Below, in pieces: positions 18,220-26,727 of a stretch of 64,000 nucleotides of DNA (position 1 is its first letter; each line of letters starts with the position of its first letter). The position numbers and the translations under genes are program-made. The stretch comes from a virus (Duplodnaviria; Caudoviricetes), in IMG/VR virus record IMGVR_UViG_3300010347_003561, positions 35,893-99,892 of that record. One strand, 5' to 3'. The notes below the pieces were generated by a model that was not told where the DNA came from, did no database searches, and saw only the letters and a program-made list of their open reading frames with translations.

Positions 18220-18987
18220 ATGAAGCTGACTAACTCGAGAGAAAGATTCTACAAGTTCTTCTACGGCAACAAAGATTATTCAGGCTTCTCGTTCAAGAAG
18301 GGGCTAAACGTGTTCCAGGGAAAGTTCGACATATACGAGCACTCTATGACCAACGGCTTCCACTTTGTCGAATTAGAACACTTCACGGAGCATATTATCT
18401 ACGGCTCCTCGATAGCCGAAATACTGATTCCAGAAGACGCGACAGTAACCAAATACGGCATCGTGTACAGCGCCGACAAGATCATCGTAACTGAATTCAG
18501 AAAATTCGATTTCGACGTTTTCCATGAACTTATGCACTTCAAGCACCTACAGGAAATGAGCGAAATGCAGGATATCGAAAACGTCGTCAGATGGGCCGTC
18601 CTGAACGGCGATCATAAAATGCTCGAAGGCATCATGGAATACTATCCCATCTCCAAGATCATGAGAGCAGTAAAACCGTACCTGTACGAGTCGATAGTGA
18701 AATTCGACCTTCCTTTAGCCTATATTCTCATTGCAGAGTCTATGTTCATAGGCACAGAATCGCTACAGCACTTCGTAGAAATGTCAAAATGCTCGATCAC
18801 GATCGCAGCGAGAATATACGAAAGCACACCCGTCGCAACGAGAGGACTCATGATGCTGTATGCAGCGAATCTGGAAGACAAAGAACTCCTGAAAGAGATT
18901 TTGAAAGCCGAACAGAAATGCGACGAAAAAGCGGTTCCATATCTTTTGCAGTCGCAGATGTTAATAGAAAGCACGGCAAAGATATAA
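18220..18987 (+). CDS. hypothetical protein, paralog family A
   Basis: FYKFF...GLN...GFHF...YGSSIAEILIP...ADKIIV, then RWAVLNGDHKMLE ankyrin-like helix. Confidence 0.8.
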   Translation: MKLTNSRERFYKFFYGNKDYSGFSFKKGLNVFQGKFDIYEHSMTNGFHFVELEHFTEHIIYGSSIAEILIPEDATVTKYGIVYSADKIIVTEFRKFDFDVFHELMHFKHLQEMSEMQDIENVVRWAVLNGDHKMLEGIMEYYPISKIMRAVKPYLYESIVKFDLPLAYILIAESMFIGTESLQHFVEMSKCSITIAARIYESTPVATRGLMMLYAANLEDKELLKEILKAEQKCDEKAVPYLLQSQMLIESTAKI

Positions 18988-19048
18988 CGCCGGAATCCAC
19001 GGGCTGCCATTTCAGGCAGCCCTTTTTATTCTAAATCGCAAAAGGAGA

Positions 19049-19318
19049 GTGGCAAAGATGACGGTTGAAAAACTCCGAAAGGCAATCCGAAACGAAACCG
19101 GCGAAGGAATTTCGCTAGACCAGTCAATTTTCTATGCGCTCGGAGACGGAAACGACGAAAAATGGCAGCAAGCGCAAAAACTGGTGCCGCAAAAATGGTT
19201 TTCAAAACGCAAAAGAGAGATTGAAACTCTTGCCGAAGAGTACCGCTTCGACGTCCGAACCTTCTCGCTTATCATGTGGATATATGAGCGATTTGGCGAA
19301 GCGTACGCTGCGCTTTGA
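19049..19318 (+). CDS. hypothetical protein
   Basis: AAGGAG RBS. Confidence 0.6.
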   Translation: MAKMTVEKLRKAIRNETGEGISLDQSIFYALGDGNDEKWQQAQKLVPQKWFSKRKREIETLAEEYRFDVRTFSLIMWIYERFGEAYAAL

Positions 19319-19332
19319 GAAGGAGGCAAAAA

Positions 19333-20211
19333 ATGAGAATAACCGCGAAATCGTACTTCTCTGGCGCCGGCGGAATGGACCTCGGGCTTTCCATGGCAGG
19401 AATAGACATAATCCAGAGCCTCGAGATAGATCCGAAATGCGTGGCTACGATGAACATGAATTTTTCGCATGCGGTGATAAACCAGGATATATGCGATGTT
19501 CTGGTGAAACCGCAGGCACACTCCGACGTGATGGTTTTCACTTTCCCATGCACGAAGTATTCTTCGGCGGCAGATATAAACGGCACGAGAACAGGCGACG
19601 ACCTGTTTCTCCACGCCTTCAGGCACGCCGCTCTAGCGGCTCCTGAAATCTTCGTAGTGGAGAACGTTCCAGGCATGAAAAAGTTCCCCGTCGTGATGGA
19701 GGCTTTCCAAGAGTTGCCTGGCTACTACGTAACGGTTTTCTGCCCTGTAGATGCACTCGACTGTGGATTACCTCAGAGGAGAGAACGGCTAATAATGATA
19801 GGTTCCCGTCGGCCTTTTTCGCCCGAACCACCACGCTGTGCTTCCAAGATCAAACTCAAGGAAATACTCGAAAAGGATGTACAGGTCGAAGTGCCGGAAT
19901 ACGTAATCAAACGCCTCGAAGGGAATTACAGAGACAGGCCTATAATCTCCGATCCTGAAGATCCCGATTCGTATGCCCCTACGTGCGTAGCCCATTATTC
20001 GAAAGACAGAGGCACCCGAATGGTAAAAGATCCAAAAAGCCAATTAGGCTGCAGGCCTTACACGGTGCGGGAATACGCCAGACTACAGGGCTTCCCCGAC
20101 AACTTCATCTTCGTAGGTTCGGAATCCGACGCCTATCGAATGATAGGTAACGCCGTGGCAGTCCCTATGGCAGAATGGATAGGACGAGAAGTCGTCAAAT
20201 ACTTCAGTTGA
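19333..20211 (+). CDS. dcm: C5-cytosine DNA methyltransferase (orphan)
   Basis: FSGAGG, catalytic FPC, ENV, QRRER, RLQGFPD, GNAV. Confidence 0.93.
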   Translation: MRITAKSYFSGAGGMDLGLSMAGIDIIQSLEIDPKCVATMNMNFSHAVINQDICDVLVKPQAHSDVMVFTFPCTKYSSAADINGTRTGDDLFLHAFRHAALAAPEIFVVENVPGMKKFPVVMEAFQELPGYYVTVFCPVDALDCGLPQRRERLIMIGSRRPFSPEPPRCASKIKLKEILEKDVQVEVPEYVIKRLEGNYRDRPIISDPEDPDSYAPTCVAHYSKDRGTRMVKDPKSQLGCRPYTVREYARLQGFPDNFIFVGSESDAYRMIGNAVAVPMAEWIGREVVKYFS

Positions 20212-20224
20212 AAGGAGAATCTTT

Positions 20225-21019
20225 ATGTACGAAGAAGAGATATTCTTCAGATTGCACTACGAATCGTACGACGTCGATATGATAGTCGCGTCGATTCCAG
20301 AGAACTGCAAACTGCCCGAGATAGTGGAAGCGCTGTCGAAACCGGCGATGTGTATTCCAGTGTCATATCCCGGCCTGCCGCGTATCATAAACAACTGGTT
20401 CAACTTCGATACCGGAGAAATCGTCCCTCTTTCTAAATTCGTGCAGGACAAGATCGACAAAGCCATAGACAACCTGCCGGTCCAGGCGCAGCGGTCCTAC
20501 TACGAAGAGATCTGCGAAAAGGCACTGTCGAAGAATTTCACCATCGCCGGTCTCTCGAAAGCGATGCTCGAAGACGAAGGATTGGCCGAAGATAGATTGA
20601 AAAACTACGTCTTCTCTGTACTGGATATCGCGCTGGGCCACAAGAATCCGCCTAGAACCATAACGGAGAGAGAAGCGAAAGACGCGCTCGACGAAGGTCT
20701 CATATTGCCGGAAGATATTTTCGGCACAGTCTGCGTAATAGAAAGAGAGAACGCGCAAGCACTAACCTTGTGCTTCAGAGGAGGAAACAATCCATATTCG
20801 GTCATCTACATTCCAGACACAACCGCTATGGATACCCGCAACGCGCAAGAAAGCCGCAACGCCTTTCAAGAACTATACGATAGAGCTTATTACTGCAAAG
20901 AAGACGAATTACACGCCATTCTCGACAGGGAGAGAACATATTTCGACATCGACGACACTCTCTTCGACAAATTCAAGAAAGCAGTAGAGGATCATCTTAC
21001 GCGAGAAGTCGAATTTTAA
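20225..21019 (+). CDS. hypothetical protein
   Basis: AAGGAG RBS, 264 aa. Confidence 0.75.
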   Translation: MYEEEIFFRLHYESYDVDMIVASIPENCKLPEIVEALSKPAMCIPVSYPGLPRIINNWFNFDTGEIVPLSKFVQDKIDKAIDNLPVQAQRSYYEEICEKALSKNFTIAGLSKAMLEDEGLAEDRLKNYVFSVLDIALGHKNPPRTITEREAKDALDEGLILPEDIFGTVCVIERENAQALTLCFRGGNNPYSVIYIPDTTAMDTRNAQESRNAFQELYDRAYYCKEDELHAILDRERTYFDIDDTLFDKFKKAVEDHLTREVEF

Positions 21020-21123
21020 GCGCCACGCATAGCAGGATAATCGTCTCGTACCAGAGAATTATCAGTCGGTAAGTCCCTGAAAGGTAACTCCTTACGGGTC
21101 CCCGGCACCGCCGCTTGGGCGAA

Positions 21124-21169
21124 CGCTCCGCAGCCTGGCTGTGTAGCGGGTTGAAATCCCGCCGGAGCG
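21124..21169 (+). ncRNA. minimal tRNA-like element (acceptor stem, small hairpin, T-like arm)
   Basis: CGCTCCG/CGGAGCG 7-bp stem; CAGC-CTG-GCTG; GCGGG-TTGAAAT-CCCGC. Confidence 0.5.
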
Positions 21170-21196
21170 GTTAGATTCTCGAATCGAGGAGTCGCT

Positions 21197-21859
21197 ATGA
21201 GAGAAGTCGATGTTGCAAAGCCAGTCGTTGCTTACATGGAAGACTACAAATGGGACGTTTACAAGGAAGTCCCGTGCCATTCCGGCGTAGCAGATATCGT
21301 CGGAGTGTTGGACGGGCGCATCTGGATAGTAGAAACTAAAACGAGCCTGTCGGTGCAACTGATAGACCAGGCGATATCCAGAAGACAGGTGGCCCATTAC
21401 ATCTCAATAGCGGTTCCTAGACCGAATAGGTATTCGTACAGCCCGTCGATCGAGCTCGTGCTTGACCACTACGGAATTGGTCTTATAACCGTGCGCGGCG
21501 AGGAAGTGAACATCGACAAACAGGTAAAACTCTTCAGGCACGTATCGAAGGACAAACAGTCGAAGCTCCTCGCTTCGCTCAGGCCGGAGATGAAAGACAA
21601 CGAGGCCGGTTCGATAGGCGCAAAAAGATGGACGTCGTTCAAGAGATTCCGCTCGAGAGTCGTGGCACTCGTCGAAAAGAATCCCGGCATAGCCCCTCGA
21701 AAGCTCATACAGATGATGCAGCCAGATATACACTATCACACGGAAAGCACGGCCCTGCATTGTCTCGTCCATTATATACGCAAAGGAATAATAAACGAAA
21801 TAATACTCGTCAAAGAGAAAGGAAAGCTTAGACTTTTTCCATGCTCCGTGGCGGAATAG
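21197..21859 (+). CDS. PD-(D/E)xK nuclease-fold protein
   Basis: EV....ADIVG....IVETK...QA pattern; GAGGAG RBS. Confidence 0.65.
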   Translation: MREVDVAKPVVAYMEDYKWDVYKEVPCHSGVADIVGVLDGRIWIVETKTSLSVQLIDQAISRRQVAHYISIAVPRPNRYSYSPSIELVLDHYGIGLITVRGEEVNIDKQVKLFRHVSKDKQSKLLASLRPEMKDNEAGSIGAKRWTSFKRFRSRVVALVEKNPGIAPRKLIQMMQPDIHYHTESTALHCLVHYIRKGIINEIILVKEKGKLRLFPCSVAE

Positions 21860-21882
21860 GCAGACGCTATCGTGGCCGATAG
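21842..21882 (+). other. tRNA-Leu-like 5' fragment (acceptor strand and D arm)
   Basis: TGCTCCG-TG-GCGGAATAGGCAGACGC followed by hairpin CTATCG-TGGC-CGATAG. Confidence 0.5.
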
Positions 21883-21924
21883 GTCAGAATGTTAAAGGTT
21901 CAGCCGGAAGTTGACGCAGTCATC

Positions 21925-22000
21925 GGGCGTGTATTTCAATGGCAAGATACTGATTCTCGCAGAGTCAGGGTAGTGGGTTCGATTCCCACCGCGCCTGCCA
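21925..22000 (+). tRNA. atypical tRNA (enlarged anticodon arm; CGC/Ala if read from the central loop; identity uncertain)
   Basis: Acceptor GGGCGTG/CGCGCCT, G73-CCA encoded, T arm GTGGG-TTCGATT-CCCAC, weak D stem, anticodon arm CTGAT-TCTCGCAGA-GTCAG. Confidence 0.75.
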
Positions 22001-22176
22001 GCCTGATAAGCTTTTGAATCTCGCGGCAGGGAAGACCGTCGAGTGCTTTATTTCAGGATGCAACCTGCGCGCCGTTTTTTGTCCGTTTCGGCGGACGCGG
22101 GCCAAGAGGAACGGACACGTTGTGAACAACAAGCCCCGGCGAAAAGCCGGGGTTATTCATCGAAAGGAGTGATTTT

Positions 22177-22620
22177 ATGAACGTACTACTGAACGCTTCG
22201 AAAATCGACGACACCGGAATGATCGAGGTTTACAATCAGGCGAGAATTATCGCAGCGAATGGCAGCTTCATGCTCCACACCACGGTTAACTACACGAACG
22301 GAAGCGAACCGTTAGAAGAAGATATCATCTTTCTGGAAAGCGAAGAAACCAACAAAAACGCGGCCAAGAAAATAGCTTCGCTGTTCGACTTCTTCGACTT
22401 CGAGGAGGCCTCACTTGTCACCTTCGAAAGGCTCGGGAACCGCACTGAATATGCGATAGAGTTCAGAAAAGACCTCAAAGGCAGCATAGAGATGCACAGG
22501 TACACGCTCGCGATCTATGACTGCGACGGAAGAGAATTTCTGGAATTGCCCGAGTTCAAAGAACTCATCGCAAGGCTTTCCTCGAAAATCGTTAGTTCCT
22601 TCGTTCCGAATGCCGCATGA
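22177..22620 (+). CDS. hypothetical protein
   Basis: AAGGAG RBS. Confidence 0.7.
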   Translation: MNVLLNASKIDDTGMIEVYNQARIIAANGSFMLHTTVNYTNGSEPLEEDIIFLESEETNKNAAKKIASLFDFFDFEEASLVTFERLGNRTEYAIEFRKDLKGSIEMHRYTLAIYDCDGREFLELPEFKELIARLSSKIVSSFVPNAA

Positions 22621-22699
22621 AGCTTTTTAAGCAACTTCCAACACGCTATTCTTTATAAAACTGAGCATGTTTGACCACTTCAGATGCGGGAGAAGGAAG

Positions 22700-22966
22700 A
22701 TGAGACTGAAAACAATAGTCAAAAGGTTGAACCAAGCACTTGAAGCCGATCCGAAAGCGGTAAGAGAACTCGTCAACATCTACGTCGAATGCGGCAAGAA
22801 CCTGGCTGCCGAGACGGAGATCCTCGTGAAGAAAAACGGAGACAGGCTCTTCGTGAGAATGCTAGGTTTCCTCAACGGAATAGTGAGAACGAGAAAACAG
22901 CCGATGATAATAGCGCTTTGCGATACGTCGGGCAATATTCGCCGCTTCAAACTCGAAAGCAGATAG
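22700..22966 (+). CDS. hypothetical protein
   Basis: ORF track; AAGGA before ATG 22700. Confidence 0.6.
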   Translation: MRLKTIVKRLNQALEADPKAVRELVNIYVECGKNLAAETEILVKKNGDRLFVRMLGFLNGIVRTRKQPMIIALCDTSGNIRRFKLESR

Positions 22967-23032
22967 GAAAACATCGAACCGGCACCGCTCGTGGTAGTGG
23001 TGTCGGTTACTTTTCCTGAAGGAGGCATTAGA

Positions 23033-23500
23033 ATGAAGGTAGATATGAGAAGCAAGAAATCCATGTTGGACTTCCTCTCTAAGCACGAGGAACACCACGA
23101 ATTCAATTCACCGCACGCGTACTCCCACTGTGTCAAGATAAGAAGCATCTTCAACGGCAATACACTCGGCGTTGCGCAGGACAACTTCGACGAGTTGTAC
23201 GGCATTTTCGAGTCGCTGGTCAATGACTTCGAGGAGAACAACCGCGGGCTCAAGATCTTTCAGACAGGGAGAATGGGCGGTCACATCGAACTGTACGAAG
23301 ACATAACCACGTCCGGATACAGAAGATACCACCCAATACAGCACATAAGCAAGTCCGAAGCCGATTACCCGGAAGAATACGACATGGAAGACTTGAGAGA
23401 AATAGTGAAAAAGGTAAAGGCGTTCGACGCCTTCTACGACGAGCTTCGCAAGGAACTCAACAAATACGCCGAAGAGTTGAAGAGTCATGCCGAGGCTTGA
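23033..23500 (+). CDS. hypothetical protein
   Basis: AAGGAGG RBS; GRMGGH motif. Confidence 0.7.
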   Translation: MKVDMRSKKSMLDFLSKHEEHHEFNSPHAYSHCVKIRSIFNGNTLGVAQDNFDELYGIFESLVNDFEENNRGLKIFQTGRMGGHIELYEDITTSGYRRYHPIQHISKSEADYPEEYDMEDLREIVKKVKAFDAFYDELRKELNKYAEELKSHAEA

Positions 23501-23735
23501 CACGAGATACGCCGCAGATATTTTTGTCGCCAACTGCGGCGGTTCTATACTCTGGCTCGAGACGGACGGCGAAAACGCGAAGATACAGGAAGAGACGAAT
23601 CTTGCAGGCGAAGCTCCAAAGTTCGGGAGGATCTATACGCGACCGGTCTTGTACGACGGAGATAAGGCATTCATAAACTTCCGAGGGAGAAAACGTTACA
23701 TGGAGGAGTTCTACGACAGACAGTGGGGACGATGA
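23487..23735 (+). CDS. hypothetical protein
   Basis: Overlaps upstream stop; followed by terminator GAGCGGGGCC-GAAA-GGCTTCGCTC T-run. Confidence 0.6.
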   Translation: MPRLDTRYAADIFVANCGGSILWLETDGENAKIQEETNLAGEAPKFGRIYTRPVLYDGDKAFINFRGRKRYMEEFYDRQWGR

Positions 23736-23818
23736 GCGGGGCCGAAAGGCTTCGCTCTTTTTTTAACTAAACTCGAACAGGTTAATATCCATTAAAACAA
23801 TTCAAGGAGGTTTACACA

Positions 23819-25042
23819 ATGAAGATCGAGTCCGACCTGCTTTTGCAAGCGATAAACGCGATAAGAAAACCGCAACTCAAGGAACCTTTGATTCCCACTT
23901 TCTTCGTTATGATATCCGGCAACGTTCTTACACTCGCCAGGCGCATCAACGGTTGCACGATGGTTAAAAGACTGGTCGGAGCGCCGGAGCCGAACGACTT
24001 AGAGAACGTATATCTCAGCCTGAAGGAAAGCAACGCGTGCGAGTACCTCGCGACGCTCAAAAATGAAAATATCAACTTCCGAACCGGATACGATGCGATA
24101 ACTATTTCAAAAGGCAGGAGTCGCCTCTCTCTGGAGACGAGGAGCGATCACGACGAACGCATGAGGGAGAAGATAGGCAATATAGACCTCGCCAGCAGCA
24201 AGACATTCGCGATAGAAAACACCGGCGATTTTGTGTCCAAGATGAAACGCGCGACCGTGTTCGTTGGAAGGAACGCTTTCGATCAATTCAACAAGATCTG
24301 CTTCAATCCCTGCGAGAGAGTGCTGTATTCTACCGACGGGTTCAGGCTCAACAGGAACCGCTTGTCCACCGGTACTATGCCGGAAAACGTCGCGTACGAG
24401 CCGCACGAACATATAATGATCGGCTACGACATTGCGCCGGCATTCATCGAACTCTTTTCCTGCACGAAACGCATAGTCTGCTCTTCTATCGACGGCGGCG
24501 TAGTCTTCAAATCCAGCGACGGAACGGGATATTCGGAGGCCATCGCATTCGACAATCCTTCCAATCCGTCGGTCCCTCCCTTCCACAACATACTGAACAT
24601 CAAACCGGAAGCCTATATCACTGTTAACACCGAGCTGTTCAAGGAAGCCGTGAAGAGGGCGAAGATAATGAGCGGCGATGACTACAAGGTCAATCTGCTG
24701 GTCACAAGGCGTCAATTGTTCGTCTATTCGGAATTCACCGGCTCTTTCGTAACCGCGATTGAGGCCGAGATAAGCGAGAAGGACTACAACTTCTTCTTCG
24801 AAAATTGCGGCAAGATCAATCCGGCCTTTGTAGTCCTGGTAAACGGAAGGTACATAACCGACACGTTGCCGACGACGGAGAAAGTCACTTTCGGGCTCGC
24901 GGGGAAAACAGATTCGAGCGGTATAACCTACACGATTGTCGTCGATAGCGGCACGGAAACGAACGTGGTTATGCCGATACGCGCTGTCGATTACCCTCTG
25001 AAAGAGAAAGAGAAGTGCGTCGAAGAAATGGAGGCGGCATGA
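23819..25042 (+). CDS. divergent beta-clamp-like protein
   Basis: STDGFRL, PPFHNIL...ITVNTELFKEAVKRA, VNGRYITD, VVMPIR; 407 aa. Confidence 0.65.
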   Translation: MKIESDLLLQAINAIRKPQLKEPLIPTFFVMISGNVLTLARRINGCTMVKRLVGAPEPNDLENVYLSLKESNACEYLATLKNENINFRTGYDAITISKGRSRLSLETRSDHDERMREKIGNIDLASSKTFAIENTGDFVSKMKRATVFVGRNAFDQFNKICFNPCERVLYSTDGFRLNRNRLSTGTMPENVAYEPHEHIMIGYDIAPAFIELFSCTKRIVCSSIDGGVVFKSSDGTGYSEAIAFDNPSNPSVPPFHNILNIKPEAYITVNTELFKEAVKRAKIMSGDDYKVNLLVTRRQLFVYSEFTGSFVTAIEAEISEKDYNFFFENCGKINPAFVVLVNGRYITDTLPTTEKVTFGLAGKTDSSGITYTIVVDSGTETNVVMPIRAVDYPLKEKEKCVEEMEAA

Positions 25043-25512
25043 TGAAAAGCGAGACGGAAACGTTTGCTGTAGAACTCGAAGTCATCTATTACTACTCCGA
25101 TTGGGACGACGACTTCGTCCCGGCGGCATACGAGCTGAAATCGGACGTCGGTTACGTGAAAAACAAGGATACTTTTTTCCACTTCCTCTCGATGGCCTTC
25201 GCGTCAAGAAGAACATTCGACGAAAATAACTGCACCTGCGCGAAGATCAACACCGGCTTCCTCGTTCCTTTGAACCTGTTATTCAACTTCTCGGGCGGAA
25301 CTTTGAAATCTGTCCAGCACGTCGTCGGAGAGATAGAGCATGTCGCCTATTGCAAGAAGCATTTCGCATATTCGCCCTTCAAATTAGGCGCGTTGAGCAG
25401 CGCGGATAACGATATAGAGAAAGAGATAGACTTCGCAATCCACTCGTCGGTCATGTACATACAGGAATACGACAGATTGAATTTAACATCAAAGGGAGGC
25501 ATAGCGGCATGA
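25039..25512 (+). CDS. hypothetical protein
   Basis: GGAGG RBS, ATGA overlap. Confidence 0.7.
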   Translation: MMKSETETFAVELEVIYYYSDWDDDFVPAAYELKSDVGYVKNKDTFFHFLSMAFASRRTFDENNCTCAKINTGFLVPLNLLFNFSGGTLKSVQHVVGEIEHVAYCKKHFAYSPFKLGALSSADNDIEKEIDFAIHSSVMYIQEYDRLNLTSKGGIAA

Positions 25513-25874
25513 GCTACGAAGAGAAACTCATCGATATAATAGTGTCTATGCTAAGCAATTTCTCGAATTTCGACGATCTTCCGGAACCTTCGAAAAACAA
25601 GGTACTTCTCGTCTGGAAGAGGCTGGAAATGTTCAAGCTGAACGAGTTGAAAGCGCACGTGGTAGAAAACGGCGAACTTTCTATATTCGAGACGATAGGC
25701 TACGAAACGCCACTCACGTTCTCCATGAATGGAGTTCCGCAATACCCGAAAGGCACAACGGTCGTTATCGAAGGGTTCTGCGTAGATACCGACGTAATAC
25801 CAATAAATAAGCCGGTTTCGGCGTTCTATACTAACATCGAAGTCTTATTCCAGGAGGATAAAAATGCTGCTTGA
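25509..25874 (+). CDS. hypothetical protein
   Basis: GGAGG RBS, ATGA overlap. Confidence 0.7.
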   Translation: MSYEEKLIDIIVSMLSNFSNFDDLPEPSKNKVLLVWKRLEMFKLNELKAHVVENGELSIFETIGYETPLTFSMNGVPQYPKGTTVVIEGFCVDTDVIPINKPVSAFYTNIEVLFQEDKNAA

Positions 25875-26214
25875 GGGAAATTTCGTACCGTTTGAAGAAC
25901 TGCCGCAAATTGTAAAAGAGGCATACGACGTCGAAAACGTCGCGCTCCTCTTCAAGGAAGCCGCCGAATCTAAAGAAGACGAAATGCCTAAAGAGAAAGA
26001 ACTGCTCAACAAACTCATGGAGAAGATAGGCCACAAACTGCCGCATATAAGTCCGCCGGAAATTTTGCAGGCCTCAAGCGAGATTCCGGAACTGGAAGCT
26101 CTCCTCACGGAGAGAGCCACGTACAGAACAATGCTCTACCTTCTCGATACGTCCGGTACGATACCGCAGACGATAGGTTTTGCCCCGCGGGACAAGGTAA
26201 TAATTCACAACTAA
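25864..26214 (+). CDS. hypothetical protein
   Basis: AGGAGG RBS. Confidence 0.7.
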   Translation: MLLEGNFVPFEELPQIVKEAYDVENVALLFKEAAESKEDEMPKEKELLNKLMEKIGHKLPHISPPEILQASSEIPELEALLTERATYRTMLYLLDTSGTIPQTIGFAPRDKVIIHN

Positions 26215-26230
26215 GCATACGGAGGTAGTA

Positions 26231-26581
26231 ATGAACAAGATCATTTTGTCGGGAAACGTAGTGAACGATCCAGAATTGAGCTTCACAAACAACGGAAAAC
26301 AGATGGCAAAGTTTGCGATTGCCAACAACGATGCAAGGAAATTCGACAAAAATGCGGAAGCGCTTTTTATCAACTGCGTCGCGTGGGACAAGACCGCCGA
26401 ATTCATGGGCAACTACTGCAAGAAAGGCACGGCGGTGATAATCGAAGGCTCGCTCAAGATCAACAAATGGCAAGCAAGAGACGGCGCCAAGAAGGAATCG
26501 ACAGTCATCAACGTCACCGCCGTCGAGTTCGCTCCGTCGAAATCGTCAAAACAGGCGACGACCGACGAACCTCTCTTTTGA
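26231..26581 (+). CDS. ssb: single-stranded DNA-binding protein
   Basis: MNKIILSGN...DPEL...FINCVAW.KTAE...KKG..V.IEGSL; acidic tail DEPLF. Confidence 0.93.
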   Translation: MNKIILSGNVVNDPELSFTNNGKQMAKFAIANNDARKFDKNAEALFINCVAWDKTAEFMGNYCKKGTAVIIEGSLKINKWQARDGAKKESTVINVTAVEFAPSKSSKQATTDEPLF

Positions 26582-26622
26582 CAAAGCCCGGGGTTGACAG
26601 CCCCGGGTTTTGAAGGTTTATC

Positions 26623-26727
26623 ATGCGTGAGAGATGCCCTAACTGTTCGAGATACCTGCGAGGAGAAGACGTTATCTGCCCCAAATGCAGAACCACCATC
26701 GAAGGATTTTCCCGGAGGAGATTGTAA
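26623..26727 (+). CDS. 34-aa zinc-ribbon microprotein
   Basis: MRERCPNCSRYLRGEDVICPKCRTTIEGFSRRRL; stop abuts the methyltransferase ATG. Confidence 0.5.
   Translation: MRERCPNCSRYLRGEDVICPKCRTTIEGFSRRRL

Noticed and set aside
21060-21125. Self-cleaving ribozyme (twister, HDV, hammerhead)
   Set aside because: The required conserved cores and pseudoknot pairings could not be assembled by eye.
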